Positions 25,328 through 36,991 of a DNA stretch of 64,000 nucleotides are shown in pieces. The stretch comes from Tubiluchus corallicola (lineage: Eukaryota > Animalia > Priapulida). Under the pieces are notes generated by a model. That model worked only from the letters and a program-made list of their open reading frames with translations, did not search any database and was not told the origin of the DNA. The position numbers and the translations under genes are program-made. The DNA lies in contig JAQGDQ010000582.1 in the NCBI GenBank assembly GCA_030141605.1, forward strand, positions 1 to 64,000, written 5' to 3'. Each line of letters begins with the position of its first letter. Position 1 is the stretch's first letter.

Positions 25328-25958
25328 AGGAAGACATGATGATGAAGACATGAATACCCCATTTTCAAATACGGTAAAAAGCACACATTTTAACACCAAT
25401 AATACTACAAAAGTGTTTGTGATAATTAAATAATAGATTAAAATCTTAATTAATGGCAGGCAAGCCCAACTATGGATGACATCACAAACTAACATAATTT
25501 TCAACAGCAAAAATATTCCACGAGCGTGTTGCACGTGTTTGTGAAAACAAAAATTGAAGTACAGTGCTACTGTAAGATATTCAGTGTGTTGTACTAGAAC
25601 TAGGCAAGTTTTAAGATGAAAATTTAAATTTCATATTTAACGCTGCACTCACGCATGAGCTATCGAATGCGTGTAGTTCGTCACAAGCTAACACATCTAA
25701 ACTGGAAGGTATGGCACCTGTTTTTTGTGTAACGCATTTCTGAAATGCAGGCGCTAGTTAGTGCTAACAAAGTGCTATCTAACTAACAAATGGCGAAATG
25801 CATGTAACAGTGTCGAACTAGTGGTGTGAACGTGAAATTGTGTCTATGTGGTAATAATTCCTTCACGTAAGTCATTTTTGAAAAAATAGTATGTTCCCTT
25901 TCGATATTTTAAAGAGTAGATCGTTTTGACCTACAGTTTAAGATTGGGTCCGGTTTTC
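25328..25958 (+). mobile_element. MITE family B, copy 2
   Basis: TTAA-AGGAAGAC start, GGGTCCGGTTTT end; full-length homology to other copies. Confidence 0.8.
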
Positions 25959-28900
25959 TGAATATTCTGAATATTTCTGAAGATTGAGTTCTGAATATAA
26001 TGCACTCGAACTTACCACACCTCTGAATGAGAATACACAAATGAGCAAACATCAATCAACCAGCGGGGCTCACGACTCCGTTTTGTCGTCGCATATTGAC
26101 TGGCTGCTGCTCTGTAACAGAATCAGCTCCCAAACAAACGTGAAAATTGCATTGAAAATACTGTGAGGGATAAAGTCAAGATTTCTCCAGCCGTACAAGA
26201 TTTCTGCTATTAAATTTGTTTAGCAATAGTACAGAGACATTATAGTGGTGCAACATTGTGCTTGACTAATGGTAATACTGACGTATAGTGCCTGGAAAAG
26301 TTGGAAAGTTAGATTTGTAAATTTGTTCAACGCAAAAAAGCTTAAATAAACCTGCCCCTGCCCAGCTTGGGAACCAACATGAGCTGAACCCGTTTACTCA
26401 TTCTAAACTATCCCGTAAATGTCTTTTTACAGTGTGTATCCTCTAAATGTCAGTGTGTATCCCCTAAATACGCACAAAGCAAAGATGGTTTCTTTTTTCT
26501 TCTAGTATTAAAAATAATGGAAAGTGAAGGATAAAACGTTTGTAGTTGATCACAATCAAAGGCCTCCTCACAGCAGCAGTTGGTTATGTCCATTCATTTT
26601 GTTTTGTTTTTATATGGCATCTGTCCGTGCAAAATACTAATCTCTTCCCTACCCGAAATAATTTATTGTCCAGACTATACAACCCAAATATGGAGATGGG
26701 TGATCGATCGATAGTAGCTGGTCAAGGTTTATGGGTCAAGGCCGCTGAATGGCAGAAGTGAATATCACGAAATCGTGGGGAAGTATTCACTTTCATGTTC
26801 TCTTTACAGGAATAAGAGATAAATGAAAACACGATGGTGAGAAGCGACTACCACAAGGCCCTTTTAACAGTGAGGAAAGGAAAGCAAAGGGCGCAAGGAA
26901 AAATGACGCACGGAATTGATGTCATTTCTGAATTTTCTCGAAGTCCCATGCAGCAAGAAAGTTCATTTCACAGTGAAACCGCGCCGTTTTTCCTCGCGTC
27001 CAGTTAGCTGCAATTACTTTACCAGTTTTATACTGCATAACCATGTCCAAATTAAGTTATTCTTGCCGTATTTCTTATATACAAAGTACAATTAATAATA
27101 ATAGATAATGTAATGTCAGACCTGTTTGCTTTTTAGTAAAGTTCTACTAGCCACTTCAAAGTTTGAAAATATACATATATATATAGAATCAATATATGCA
27201 TGCGTTATTTTTCTTTTTCACGAATATAGCCATGTTGCATTAGTAAAACATAAAATCGTCAGTCTGTTAAAAGAGAGATTAAATCTTGTGATTTTATGCC
27301 GAGATCTGTTAATTGTTGTTCGTTAAATAAGTAAGAGCTATTTGAGTAGTTTAATTTAAGACTGAATTCCGGGAGGCTTCCTCACGAAAATGGGACGTTC
27401 AGTATTTCTGCGGCAAAGTTCCTCACGAGGAGGACACATAGCTTATAGCTGGCGGCACCGCGCGTCCTCACTGAGAATTGCCGTATAAAACAATGTGTTC
27501 CATTTTCGCGAGAAATGCGGCAAGGAATTTCTCCTCGAGGCATTTTGCTGGGCGTCATCGCTGTGAAATGGACCCCTAACTTGGTGTCTCCGCGGTTCAC
27601 GAGGGGTTGGTACACAAGTGCGGTCTGATGATGATAAGTGCCTGCGTGTGTTGGTGAACTTCATAAAGTCCTAACAGCCACTCCATCCATCTGCTGATCA
27701 GGCGCAGTGTCGCTTATGTATTTAGTATTCCATTAGTAATATTTAGTAGGAAATAGACCCCTAGTATATTTTCAAGTTTGGCTTATGTGTGTTAAATAAA
27801 TTTCTTCTGTTAACAAAGCAATGCGATATTTTTTTACTCAATATTAAAACTAAAATGCTCATAAAAAGTTATTGTTATTAATAATCAATAATTACATGCA
27901 GGCCAGCTAGCAGGGTGTGAGACTCGATATAATATAGATACTGTAATCATTTTCCACTTTTAGTATCACGTCTTCTGGATTTTTCTCATAACTTTTTTGA
28001 TAAGTAAGTAATTTTTTGCGAAATTGCTTGTAAGATTGTCTTCCAAAACTTGGTTTATATTAAATTTCATTTTATTAATATTATTAACACTTGGATCATC
28101 ATAATAAAAATGTCTGAAATTTTCTTAAAAAATCTGAAATTATCGTATTTGCAGTGCTTGATAATGGAAATTGTAACATGCATTACACTACATGAAAACT
28201 GTACATGGAAGTATAATACTGTTATTGAATTATTGTTAATCATGGCACTTTCTAGAATAAAAAAGAAATCACGGTAATCACTGCCATTTCTTGCTTTCAA
28301 TTCTTTATCAAAGTTCGTAGTGTGAACTTTATTGTTGTTTACCTGTTGAAAGTGGCCTGCAGTTCACACACCTGTACATATTTATAACAATTTGCTTTGT
28401 CGGGCGTAAAAACATGAATCGGGAAAATAATTTCATGAGCAAACGGAGCAGAATGAAACTGATAAATCAGCACATTGTGTTCCGATTTGCCTCTTAGCGA
28501 CAACACGGCCTGACTAGCCAGCTATTACAGCTGCTACTGCTTCTTCTATCTATTTAATTAGAGCGTGGTACACCTGACACCTCTACCCTCCACCCCCTTC
28601 CCGCCCGCAGGTGACAAAACACTGTGTAACGTATGACAAGCCGTCGGATGCTGCTCAATTACGGTTATTTTATTATCTATTGTCATCGGGCGAACAATGA
28701 GCTGTGTTAAACTATGCTACACCTGTTTCCACGTGCAAGCTGTAATGAAGAGGCGAATTACTCGGATAATGTGATGAAAAATGACACCAGGAAATCCCCA
28801 TGTTAACAGCTTAATCACGTTTGTGTTTAAATAGTAATAAATAAAGTTCCAGTTACACATTACCGACAATTAGCATGAACATTGAACAATTTTTCTCTTT

Positions 28901-28966
28901 TTAATTAATTATTATTAGATAATATAAAACACATTGATAATGCAGTAGCTGTATGATTCGAATTCA

Positions 28967-29480
28967 GGTAATAAAGTCACGGGTAAAAAAGCCACATGTT
29001 AGAAAGTCATAGGTACAAAAGTCACAGGAAAAAAGAACTAACCCTAACACTAGCCAAAATTAATTGTGCGTTTTCTCCTGACCAAAATAGTGACTTTTCC
29101 CCTGTGACCTTTTTCCTGTGACATTTTTCATGTAACTTTTTTCCTAGGCAAAATTGTGGTTTTTTTCTGTGACTTCTTTCTTGTGGCTGTTTTCCTGTGA
29201 CTTTTTTCCTAGCCAAAATTGTGGCTTTTTTCTGTGACTTCTTTCTTGTGACTTTTTTCCTAGCCAAAATTGTGACTTTTTTTCCATGACTTTTTCCATG
29301 TAACTTTTTTCCTAGCCAAAATTGTGGCTTTTTTCTGTGACTTCTTTCTTGTGACTTTTTTCCTAGCCAAAATTGTGATTTTTTTCCTGTGACTTTTTTC
29401 AAGTAACTTTTTTTATAGCCAAAATTATGACTTTTTTCTGTAACGTTTTCCTGTGACTTTTTTCATGTAACTTTATCACC
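28967..29480. repeat. Foldback-like element with internal minisatellite
   Basis: Inverted ends GGTAATAAAGTCAC / GTAACTTTATCACC; left AAAAGTCAC units, a CTAACCCTAAC, then many GTGACTTTTT and CCTAGCCAAAATTGTG units. Confidence 0.7.
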
Positions 29481-29780
29481 AGTCACCGTAGGTTTCGCAT
29501 GACAGATAGCTTTAGGTTGCTGTTTTAAAAACGCCGGGGAAAATTTTCACTACTACAGGAATAATTTAATATTCAGTATTGTAACATTTATTTTGTTAAA
29601 ATAACCAAAATAAAGAAATTGAAAAGTTACGCCGATTCAAAACGCTTCTGTGTGAAAGTTTCAACTGAACAAAAACTAAGAAATTACAAAAAAGTCATTA
29701 AATATCTATAACACGTGACCCCAGCCAATTCTATCTGTTTACATGTAAGTCTAGTTTCTTCGTTAAGACGATTTACTTAA

Positions 29781-30182
29781 AGCAAAACTGGACCTAATCT
29801 TAACCTACAGGTCACAACAATCTATTCTTTAAAATATTGAAAGGGAATATACTATTTTTTCAAAAATGACTTACATGAAGGAATTATTATCACACAAACA
29901 CAACTTCGCATTTCGCCATTCGCTAGTTAGACGGGTACTAGCGCCTGCATTTCGCCATTCGCTAGTTAGACGGGTACAAGCGCCTGCATTTCGCCATTCG
30001 CTAGTTAGACGGGTACTAGCGCCTGCATTTCGCCATTCGCTAGTTAGACGGGTACAAGCGCCTGCATTTCGCCATTCGCTAGTTAGACGGGTACTAGCGC
30101 ATGCATTTCGGTAAAGCAGTGCACAAAAACAGGTGCTGTACTTCTCAGTTCAGATGTGTTAGTTTGTGACGAACACTCGTTC
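29781..30182 (-). mobile_element. MITE family B, copy 3 (partial) containing a 39-bp x5 tandem array
   Basis: TTAA-AGCAAAACTGGACC terminus; 29908-30110 is five copies of GCATTTCGCCATTCGCTAGTTAGACGGGTACWAGCGCCT. Confidence 0.85.
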
Positions 30183-31030
30183 GGAAAATCGTCCTATGCT
30201 GCTTTAAACAATGTATACAAAATACCGTTTTCAGCCTTGTACAAAAGTATATATTTAGTATTGCTTACCTATCTGTTAGTCCTATAAATTTACTGCTTCG
30301 TTATTACAGTCCTTTTGCACTGTTTCAGATTTTGCACTGTTTTTGTGTGTCCAGTACTCGGGGTGGTTTGGAGACAAAAAGGTAAGCACCAGAAAACCGA
30401 GAATTTTGTCAAATTTGTATATAAATTTAACAGGGTAAGCTAGATTTCACCTAAGACTTATCTTTTAAGCACTTAACCACAAATTTTTGCTGTGAAAGTC
30501 CAATAAATAAACACCTTAGGTTTGATAATGTCATCTGGTTCTTAAAAATGAAAAAATTAAATATCACTATAATTGCATGTCTTTATAGTACTGATATTAG
30601 TGTAAAAATATGATTGTATTTTTAATAAAACTGTTGATCAATTCAGATCGCAATTTAGAAAAGTAATTCAAGTGTCAGAAAAACATAAAGAGCAGTTTTA
30701 AGGTAGTAAAAACACACTTAAGGGATAAATATTTCTTGTTTCTTCAAAAAGTTCAACTTTTTTATGTAAATCGCATTGAAATTTTCGTATTTTGTATGTA
30801 TTTATTTTCTTTATTTTCACCACAAAAAGTTTATTCCATTGCAAAGAGAAATAAATTTCTAACGATTTTTAAAAGGTTTTGCTTTTTGTCCCTTCGACAA
30901 ATAGACGTGACGACTGCCGCTTAATGTGTGAACTTCTTGATCAAATTACGACTTCCGCAAGGAACGTCGTCTGTTTCACTGCGAAGGACATTATTATCTG
31001 CTTAGTAAACTGTCAAGTCTTAATACTTAA

Positions 31031-31648
31031 AAGAAGACAGGATGACTTTTTTCATATACTATTCCACTTTCAAGTACGTACGGTAAAAAGCATACATTTT
31101 AACACCAATAATACTGCAAAAGCGTTTCTGATTATTAAATAATCGGATAACATCTTAATTAACGGCGGGCGAGCCCAACTAGTGATGACATCACAAACTA
31201 ACATAATTTTCAACACTGAAACTATTCCACGAGCGTGTTGCGCGTGTTTGCAAAACCGAAAATACAGGTACAGCATTTACTGTAAGAGGTTCAGTGCGTT
31301 GTACTAAAACTCGGCAAGTTTTGAGATAAAAATTCAAATTTCAAATTTACTACTGTGCTCACGCATGAGCTGGTGTTTGAGCTGTCGAACGTGAATACTA
31401 CGTCACAAACTAATACATCTGAAATGAGAGGGACAGCACCTGTATTTTTTGTGCAACGCGTTTCCAAAATGCAGGTGTTAGTGCTCGTCTAACTAGGAAA
31501 TGGCGAAATGCATGTAACAGCGAAGAACTAGCCGCATGCTGCATATTCTTTCACATAAGTGATTCTTGAAAATATAGTATGTTTCCTTTCCATATTTTAA
31601 AGAGTAGATTGTTTTGACCTACAGTTTAAGATTGTGTTCAGTTTTGCT
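31031..31648 (+). mobile_element. MITE family B, copy 4
   Basis: Flanked by TTAA at both ends; full-length homology. Confidence 0.85.
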
Positions 31649-32329
31649 TTAATGTCCTTAGATAATCCTAATCTATATTAACAACATTGGGCCAATCAAC
31701 AAACCAAACAAAAAGCATTGGCTCTCGAGTGCAATGTAAATAAGATAAACTGTTTAGCCTATTAGCAATTCATACGTATCGATCAAGCTATCAAAATATT
31801 AACTTCAGCAGTAATCCTATATATACAGGTAAAACTAAATGTATAGACTACTAAAAAATAAAGCCAACTCCTAACTACTTATAAACGCCATGTAAAACAA
31901 TGAATCAAGTGATAGATAAGAAGACCAATGGGTTGCGGGGTATTAAACTGAGGGACCTGCGGGCGCAGGGTCAACAAACAGAATGTTTATCAAAAGTTAA
32001 CTTTTGCTAACACTAACCTTGCCAGTCATTATTATGCGGTTTTACGAATTTTCTAGAGCTGCTTAACCTCTCATAAAGTGAATTCACCCTCGATAGTTTT
32101 ATTTCCTGCCAAACTGTTGAAAATGAACAATGTTTACGCCTTGTGAAGTTTGATAAACCTGTACGGTGTAATTCGCGTACAAATCACATTTTATCAGCTT
32201 TGTGAACGTTTGTCATTATCATCAAAGTCACTATTGCGTGGAACCTCTTAAACTCGTATCTGTGGTTTAACCAACTCGCTCCCGTAAATCTCTAATGTTA
32301 TCTGCAATTAAGTCAAGCGTCTCCTGATC

Positions 32330-32500
32330 TGTTCCACCAGCCAGCCGGCAGGTTGGCGTGCCATCCTGCCAGTCATTGGGGGAGGTCATGGACTCTGTCA
32401 ACCGTTACTCCTGACAACGTTGGATGCGTTTTCTGGATCCCCGCGTTCACACTTTTGTGTCTACCTTTATGTGCTGCGCTGGGCCCTGATTCATCGCTGA
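32330..32500 (-). mobile_element. Possible RTE-like LINE 3' fragment
   Basis: Weak: one - frame gives a short basic stretch followed by ..DW.. loosely resembling RTE C-termini; stops present. Confidence 0.25.
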
Positions 32501-32704
32501 TAGCGTATGTGAACAATTTTGTATGGGACAGGCAGGGTTTAATAGAAAGATTAGGGTGGAGAAAATTGGATGGTTCAGTTTTTGGTAGTGTTCTTGCTTG
32601 CAGATAAATTTCATCTGTAGTACGAGAGAGAGCTCTCCTGAGAGTTGTCATCATTAACAGAGAAAAATGTAATGTCTTTATAGTCTCAAAGATTATAATA
32701 TTTA

Positions 32705-32742
32705 TTCAGTAGCTTTCGCCCTAGTGGGTCTCATCAGCTGAA
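32705..32742 (-). ncRNA. Minimal type I hammerhead ribozyme motif (- strand copy)
   Basis: Minus strand TTCAG-CTGATGA-GACCCACTAGGGC-GAAA-GC-TA-CTGAA: stem I TTCAG/CTGAA, intact core, imperfect stem II. Confidence 0.7.
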
Positions 32743-32768
32743 CACCCTCTGGTTACCAACACTTTCTG

Positions 32769-32806
32769 TTCAGCTGATGAGGCCCGCTAGGCCGAAAGCT
32801 ACTGAA
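32769..32806 (+). ncRNA. Minimal type I hammerhead ribozyme motif (+ strand copy)
   Basis: TTCAG-CTGATGA-GGCC(CGCTA)GGCC-GAAA-GC-TA-CTGAA: stem I 5 bp, CUGAUGA and GAAA cores, 4-bp stem II, palindromic AGCU mini stem III, predicted cleavage after CUA at 32801; AATAAA follows immediately. Confidence 0.8.
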
Positions 32807-33334
32807 TAAATATTATAATGTTTGAGACTATAAAGACATTACATTTTTCTCTGTTACATCTGCAATAGTTGACATTTGGGGACTTGAAGAGATTCAAAAT
32901 TTGAAGACAACTCGGCGGCGGAAGGAGACAATTGTGGCAGTTAAGGTTTGTCTGTGTCGGTGACAAACTTCCGTCTTGATTCAACGAGATATTATAAGCC
33001 TGAAAATCGAACTTTTTTATTCAATTCGGCAACTCGGTGCCCCATTTTGTGGAATTCACGTCAAAAGTGGAGAAAATGCGGGTGAATTGTACAGAGCTTT
33101 ATTCAAAGCTATTGCCAAGTTGGTAAACGTGGTCTGCCAGAGTTTGTTTGAAGTAAGTGCATTGATTTTCTAAAATTGGAATCATAATTAAGATTCAATT
33201 GTACATAGCAGTATAATAGAATTAGCAGATTTATAGTCACTGTCTACGTCCAAGTAAAAATCATAATTGTAATAAATTTTTCACATTTATAATATTGACT
33301 CTATAATACCATATATGTTCGATATCTTTCACCA

Positions 33335-35742
33335 GACGGCACTATATACAAAAATGTTGCGTCATATAGCAGTTATAGGTTTACTTACTAGAAATCTCCC
33401 ATGCGGTAACAAAGACCACTATAAAATGGTATGGGGCTAATAAACATCTTTGTAAAATTATTCTTATAAAGTTCTACTCCTTCGGGAAGGTGTTTTAATC
33501 AGAGGTTTTGTCTAACTGGCCCCGCATTGTACCCACATCGAAGTCCGCACATTTACGTTAATAGACTTTTGCTGAACTTCTTTGTAGTTAGCAGAACAAA
33601 AGATAGAATAATTGTTGTGTCAACAAGACAGAGGGTAAACATCTCTGGTTTCAACAAAATTGTGTTGTCGTGTGCAAATGTTTTTACTTTTCCACTGTTG
33701 TTGTTTTGTCAAGATTTATAAATACCAGAAAGAAGTTAATTTATAGAGGCACTTTTTTCAAGAGTTTCAAGAGTTTATTCAACACTTCAAAGTATTTATT
33801 ATTAAAACAACACACTACTTTAATTTATAACTGCTGAAAAGCATGTCCAAACTGGGACTTATTAACAAAAGAAAGATTATCTGTGTACCCTAAAAAGCCT
33901 TCTCTTAATGTGCAAAGTAGTTCAATTCCTTTAACTTTATTTTCAAACACTTAGCTATCTGTTATTTCTTTTCTACAGGCCTGTTTATTCATTACTTTGA
34001 CTTTTTTGTAAATACCTAATTAGTACGTAATTTTCTATACTGTAGGCTTAGCCTGTATAAATTGGTTGTTGTTTGTATAGTGTACCACTGGTGATTGCTG
34101 TCGAAACGTTTGGACATGTTTTTTATTTTTTTTAATCAGTTTTAAATAAAAGTTTTAATAAACGTTCTGTTGTTTTAATAATCATGTCTAGAAAGAAATT
34201 TTAGAAATTGACGAAGAGTTTTTCAATGAAAAGTTCATTTGCATAAGCTAGTTGTGTTTTAATTTCAATAATGAGTAAGAGACTTTGGCAGAAATTAACT
34301 GAAGATATGGATGCCAACGTATTGCATGATCTAGGATTAAGAATTATTCAATAGATACGTAAACTGTAACATAGACCTTTTTCATATGGCATTAAATAAC
34401 TGATGTAATGCCACAGATGTCAGACTAGCACAATTTAAGTAGATTTAATTAACAGACTACCACAATTTAATTAAAAAAACGAAAAATTTTTCTGACATGA
34501 TAAATTCGGAAGTCTTAATTCGTTAATAGAAATCAATTACATGCTATGAAAAAACTGTATGTAAAACAGGAAAGAAACACGGATGACCCTCTTTTTTCCA
34601 CAGAGCGTACATTTAATTGAGGTTTTAACACGATGTTATTATTTACCCCATAGAGCGTATTTCCTCTTAGCCTGGGTAGTTGAACTGAATGTCCAACAAC
34701 GTAAAACTGTTCCAGCAATTTCTAGATCTACAGTAGGTATCTGTCAACGTATGTATTGCTACTGTTTTAGCAGTTTCTAGATCTACAATAGGTATCTATC
34801 AACGTATGTATTGCTACTGTTCTAGCAGTTTCTAGATCTACAGTAGGTATCTATCAACGTATGTATTGCTACTGTTCTGCCAGTTCCTAGATCTACAGCA
34901 GGTATCTATCAACGTATGTATTGCTACTGTTCTGCCAGTTCCTAGATCTACAGCAGGTATCTATCAACGTATGTATTGCTACTGTTCTAGTAGTTTCTAG
35001 ATCTACAGCAGGTATCTATCAAACGTATGTGTTGCTACTGTTCTAGCGGTTTCCAGATCTACAGCAGGTAGCTATCAAACGTATGTATTGCTACTGTTCC
35101 AGCAATTTCTAGATCTACAGTAGGTATCTATCAAACGTATGTATTGCTACTGTTCTAGCAGTTTCTAGATCTACAGCAGGTATCTATCATATGAATGTAT
35201 TTCTACTGTTCCAGCAATTTCTAGATCTACAGTAGGTATCTATCAAACGTATGTATTGCTACTGTTCTAGCAGTTTCTAGATCTACAGCAGGTATGTATC
35301 AAACGTATGTGTTGCTACTGTCCTAGCAGTTTCTAGATCTACAACAGGTATCTATCAAATGAATGTATTTCTACTGTTCTAGCCATTTCTAGATTTACAG
35401 CAGATATCTATCAAACGTATGTATTGCTACTGTTCCAGCAAATTTCAAGATCTGCCGCAGGTATCTATCGAACATATATAAATTGCTACTATCTTCCACG
35501 AGACGGACAGTCGCCGCACGTAAGATGCCTGGCACTCTGTGCAAATATTGTCGCGTCGTATAACAGTTATAGGTTTGCTTACTACCAATCTGTACTGTAA
35601 AAAGCCCTATAAAATGGTGTGGCGCTAATAAAAATCTCTCTCAAATTATTCTTACAAAGTTCTACTCCTCCCGGAACGTGTTTTAATTAAAGATTTTGTC
35701 TAACTAGCGAATCATTTAACCCGCATCTGAGTACGCACACTT
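33335..35742 (+). repeat. Pair of diverged ~220-bp direct repeats (33335-33552 and 35527-35742)
   Basis: Shared blocks CAGTTATAGGTTT, CTATAAAATGGT, AAATTATTCTTA.AAAGTTCTACTCC, TTTTGTCTAACT in the same order. Confidence 0.75.
34706..35490. repeat. Minisatellite, 55-56-bp unit, ~14 copies
   Basis: Unit ~ACTGTTCTAGCAGTTTCTAGATCTACAGCAGGTATCTATCA(A)ACGTATGTATTGCT, head to tail, no unique spacers. Confidence 0.95.
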
Positions 35743-36217
35743 CGAATAGCCACTCTAGACTAGTTGGTCTCAATATAGCTTAAGCCCATTTCAAACAGCG
35801 AACGAAATTTACCGGACATGCGGTTTTGGCCTGGTAAAGTTTCTACAAAGATATAATTCCATATCTATGATTTATCAGAAAGAAAGACTTCATTTCACAC
35901 AAAAGGCGCGCGTTCAGCAAAAGCACTGATATTTTTCTGATGTAAAAAAGACGAAAATATAAATGCGAATATGAAGTATCTTTCTAGCAGAGATTCCATG
36001 GGATGAGGACACAAAGAAACCGGTCAGCTTAGTATCTTTTTTTATGAGTTCGGTGCACTGCTGGCTAGAATGCAGCAAGCAGCAGTGGGGGTGACCTCAT
36101 GTAGGTGGTGGTGGAGGAACCGGTATTTACGTAATTAGTAAGAACGCTTATCCAAAATCCTTATCCTTCACGAATGGTATAAATAGTCGTAAATAAAACC
36201 GCTAAGAAGCAACTTTT

Positions 36218-36280
36218 CGGATGGCCATCCACTCTTACACTGACAAGGCTCGTTGTCGCTCTCAGCTTCGGTTGTTAAGC
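36218..36280 (-). mobile_element. Possible 5S rRNA-derived fragment (SINE3 head or 5S pseudogene)
   Basis: Minus strand ACCGAAGCTGAGAGC..GAGCCTTGTCAGT..TGGATGGCCATCCG resembles the 5S internal control region (CCGAAGYTAAGC..GCC..GTYAGTACTTGGATGGGWGACC). Short and diverged. Confidence 0.4.
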
Positions 36281-36425
36281 GCACACCATTTAGTTCTTCC
36301 ACTCAGCCAATTGTATTTCATGAAAGCAATGTGGAAGCAAGAATTCATGCTGCCTCTGTTTAATCAACGCCTAATATTTTAAATTATAGTAAAGAAATCT
36401 TAATCATTTCTAAGTTCTCCTGCTC

Positions 36426-36615
36426 CTAAAATCGGATTCGATTGTAGTTGTTGAACACCTCTACTATCCAAGTCGCTTCCGGTTTGTCAGGTGGGTGTGT
36501 TTGCAAGGTTTTAAAGGCTTCTTCTACTTTTATTTCGCTTGGTAATCTGACGAGGTGTCCTAACCTTAATCTTCGGAGCTTGACTTCTGAACTCCAAGAA
36601 ATTTCGTTCTCGTAC
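36426..36615 (-). mobile_element. RTE-clade LINE 3' fragment
   Basis: VKLRRLRLGHLVRLP....PPDKPEATW matches the RTE C-terminal RRLRWxGHxxR...GRPxxTW pattern. Confidence 0.65.
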
Positions 36616-36664
36616 ATGTATATTGTTCTTCATTTTTGACTATGAATGGTTACCTTATTTTTAA

Positions 36665-36991
36665 AGGACGACAGGATGATTTTTCAGATTTCAACTTTAC
36701 CGCTGTGCTCGCGCATGAGCTGTCGAACGTGTGTAGTTCGTCACAAACTAAGACATCTGAACTGAGAGGTACAGCACCTGTTTTTTTGCGAAATGCAGGC
36801 ACTAGTGCCCGTCTAACTAGTGAATGGCAAAATGCATGTAACAGTGAAGAACTAGTGGCGCGAACGTGAAATTGTGTTTGTGTGGTAATAATTCTTTCAC
36901 GTAAGTCATTTTTGACAAAATTGTATGTTTCCTTCCAATATTTTAAAAAGTAGGTTGTTTTGACTTACAGTTTATAATGACTGGTTTTGCT
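36665..36991 (+). mobile_element. MITE family B, copy 5 (internally deleted)
   Basis: Both termini with TTAA flanks kept; about half of the interior missing. Confidence 0.8.

Larger units (their letters stand above)
32655..32856. repeat. 202-bp palindrome (two 90-bp arms, 22-nt spacer), Penelope-like pseudo-LTR type
   Basis: 32655-32744 is the reverse complement of 32767-32856 with 4 mismatches. Confidence 0.95.

Noticed and set aside
27565-27600. Telomerase RNA template (CCCTAAC)
   Set aside because: Only 7 nt; no supportable pseudoknot or H/ACA domain.
29022-30114. Repeat-peptide ORFs 29022-29402 and 29866-30114
   Set aside because: Translations of minisatellites inside mobile elements.
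34706-35490. CRISPR-like array
   Set aside because: Units are contiguous near-identical copies with no unique spacers and no cas genes; same for the 39-bp array at 29908-30110.
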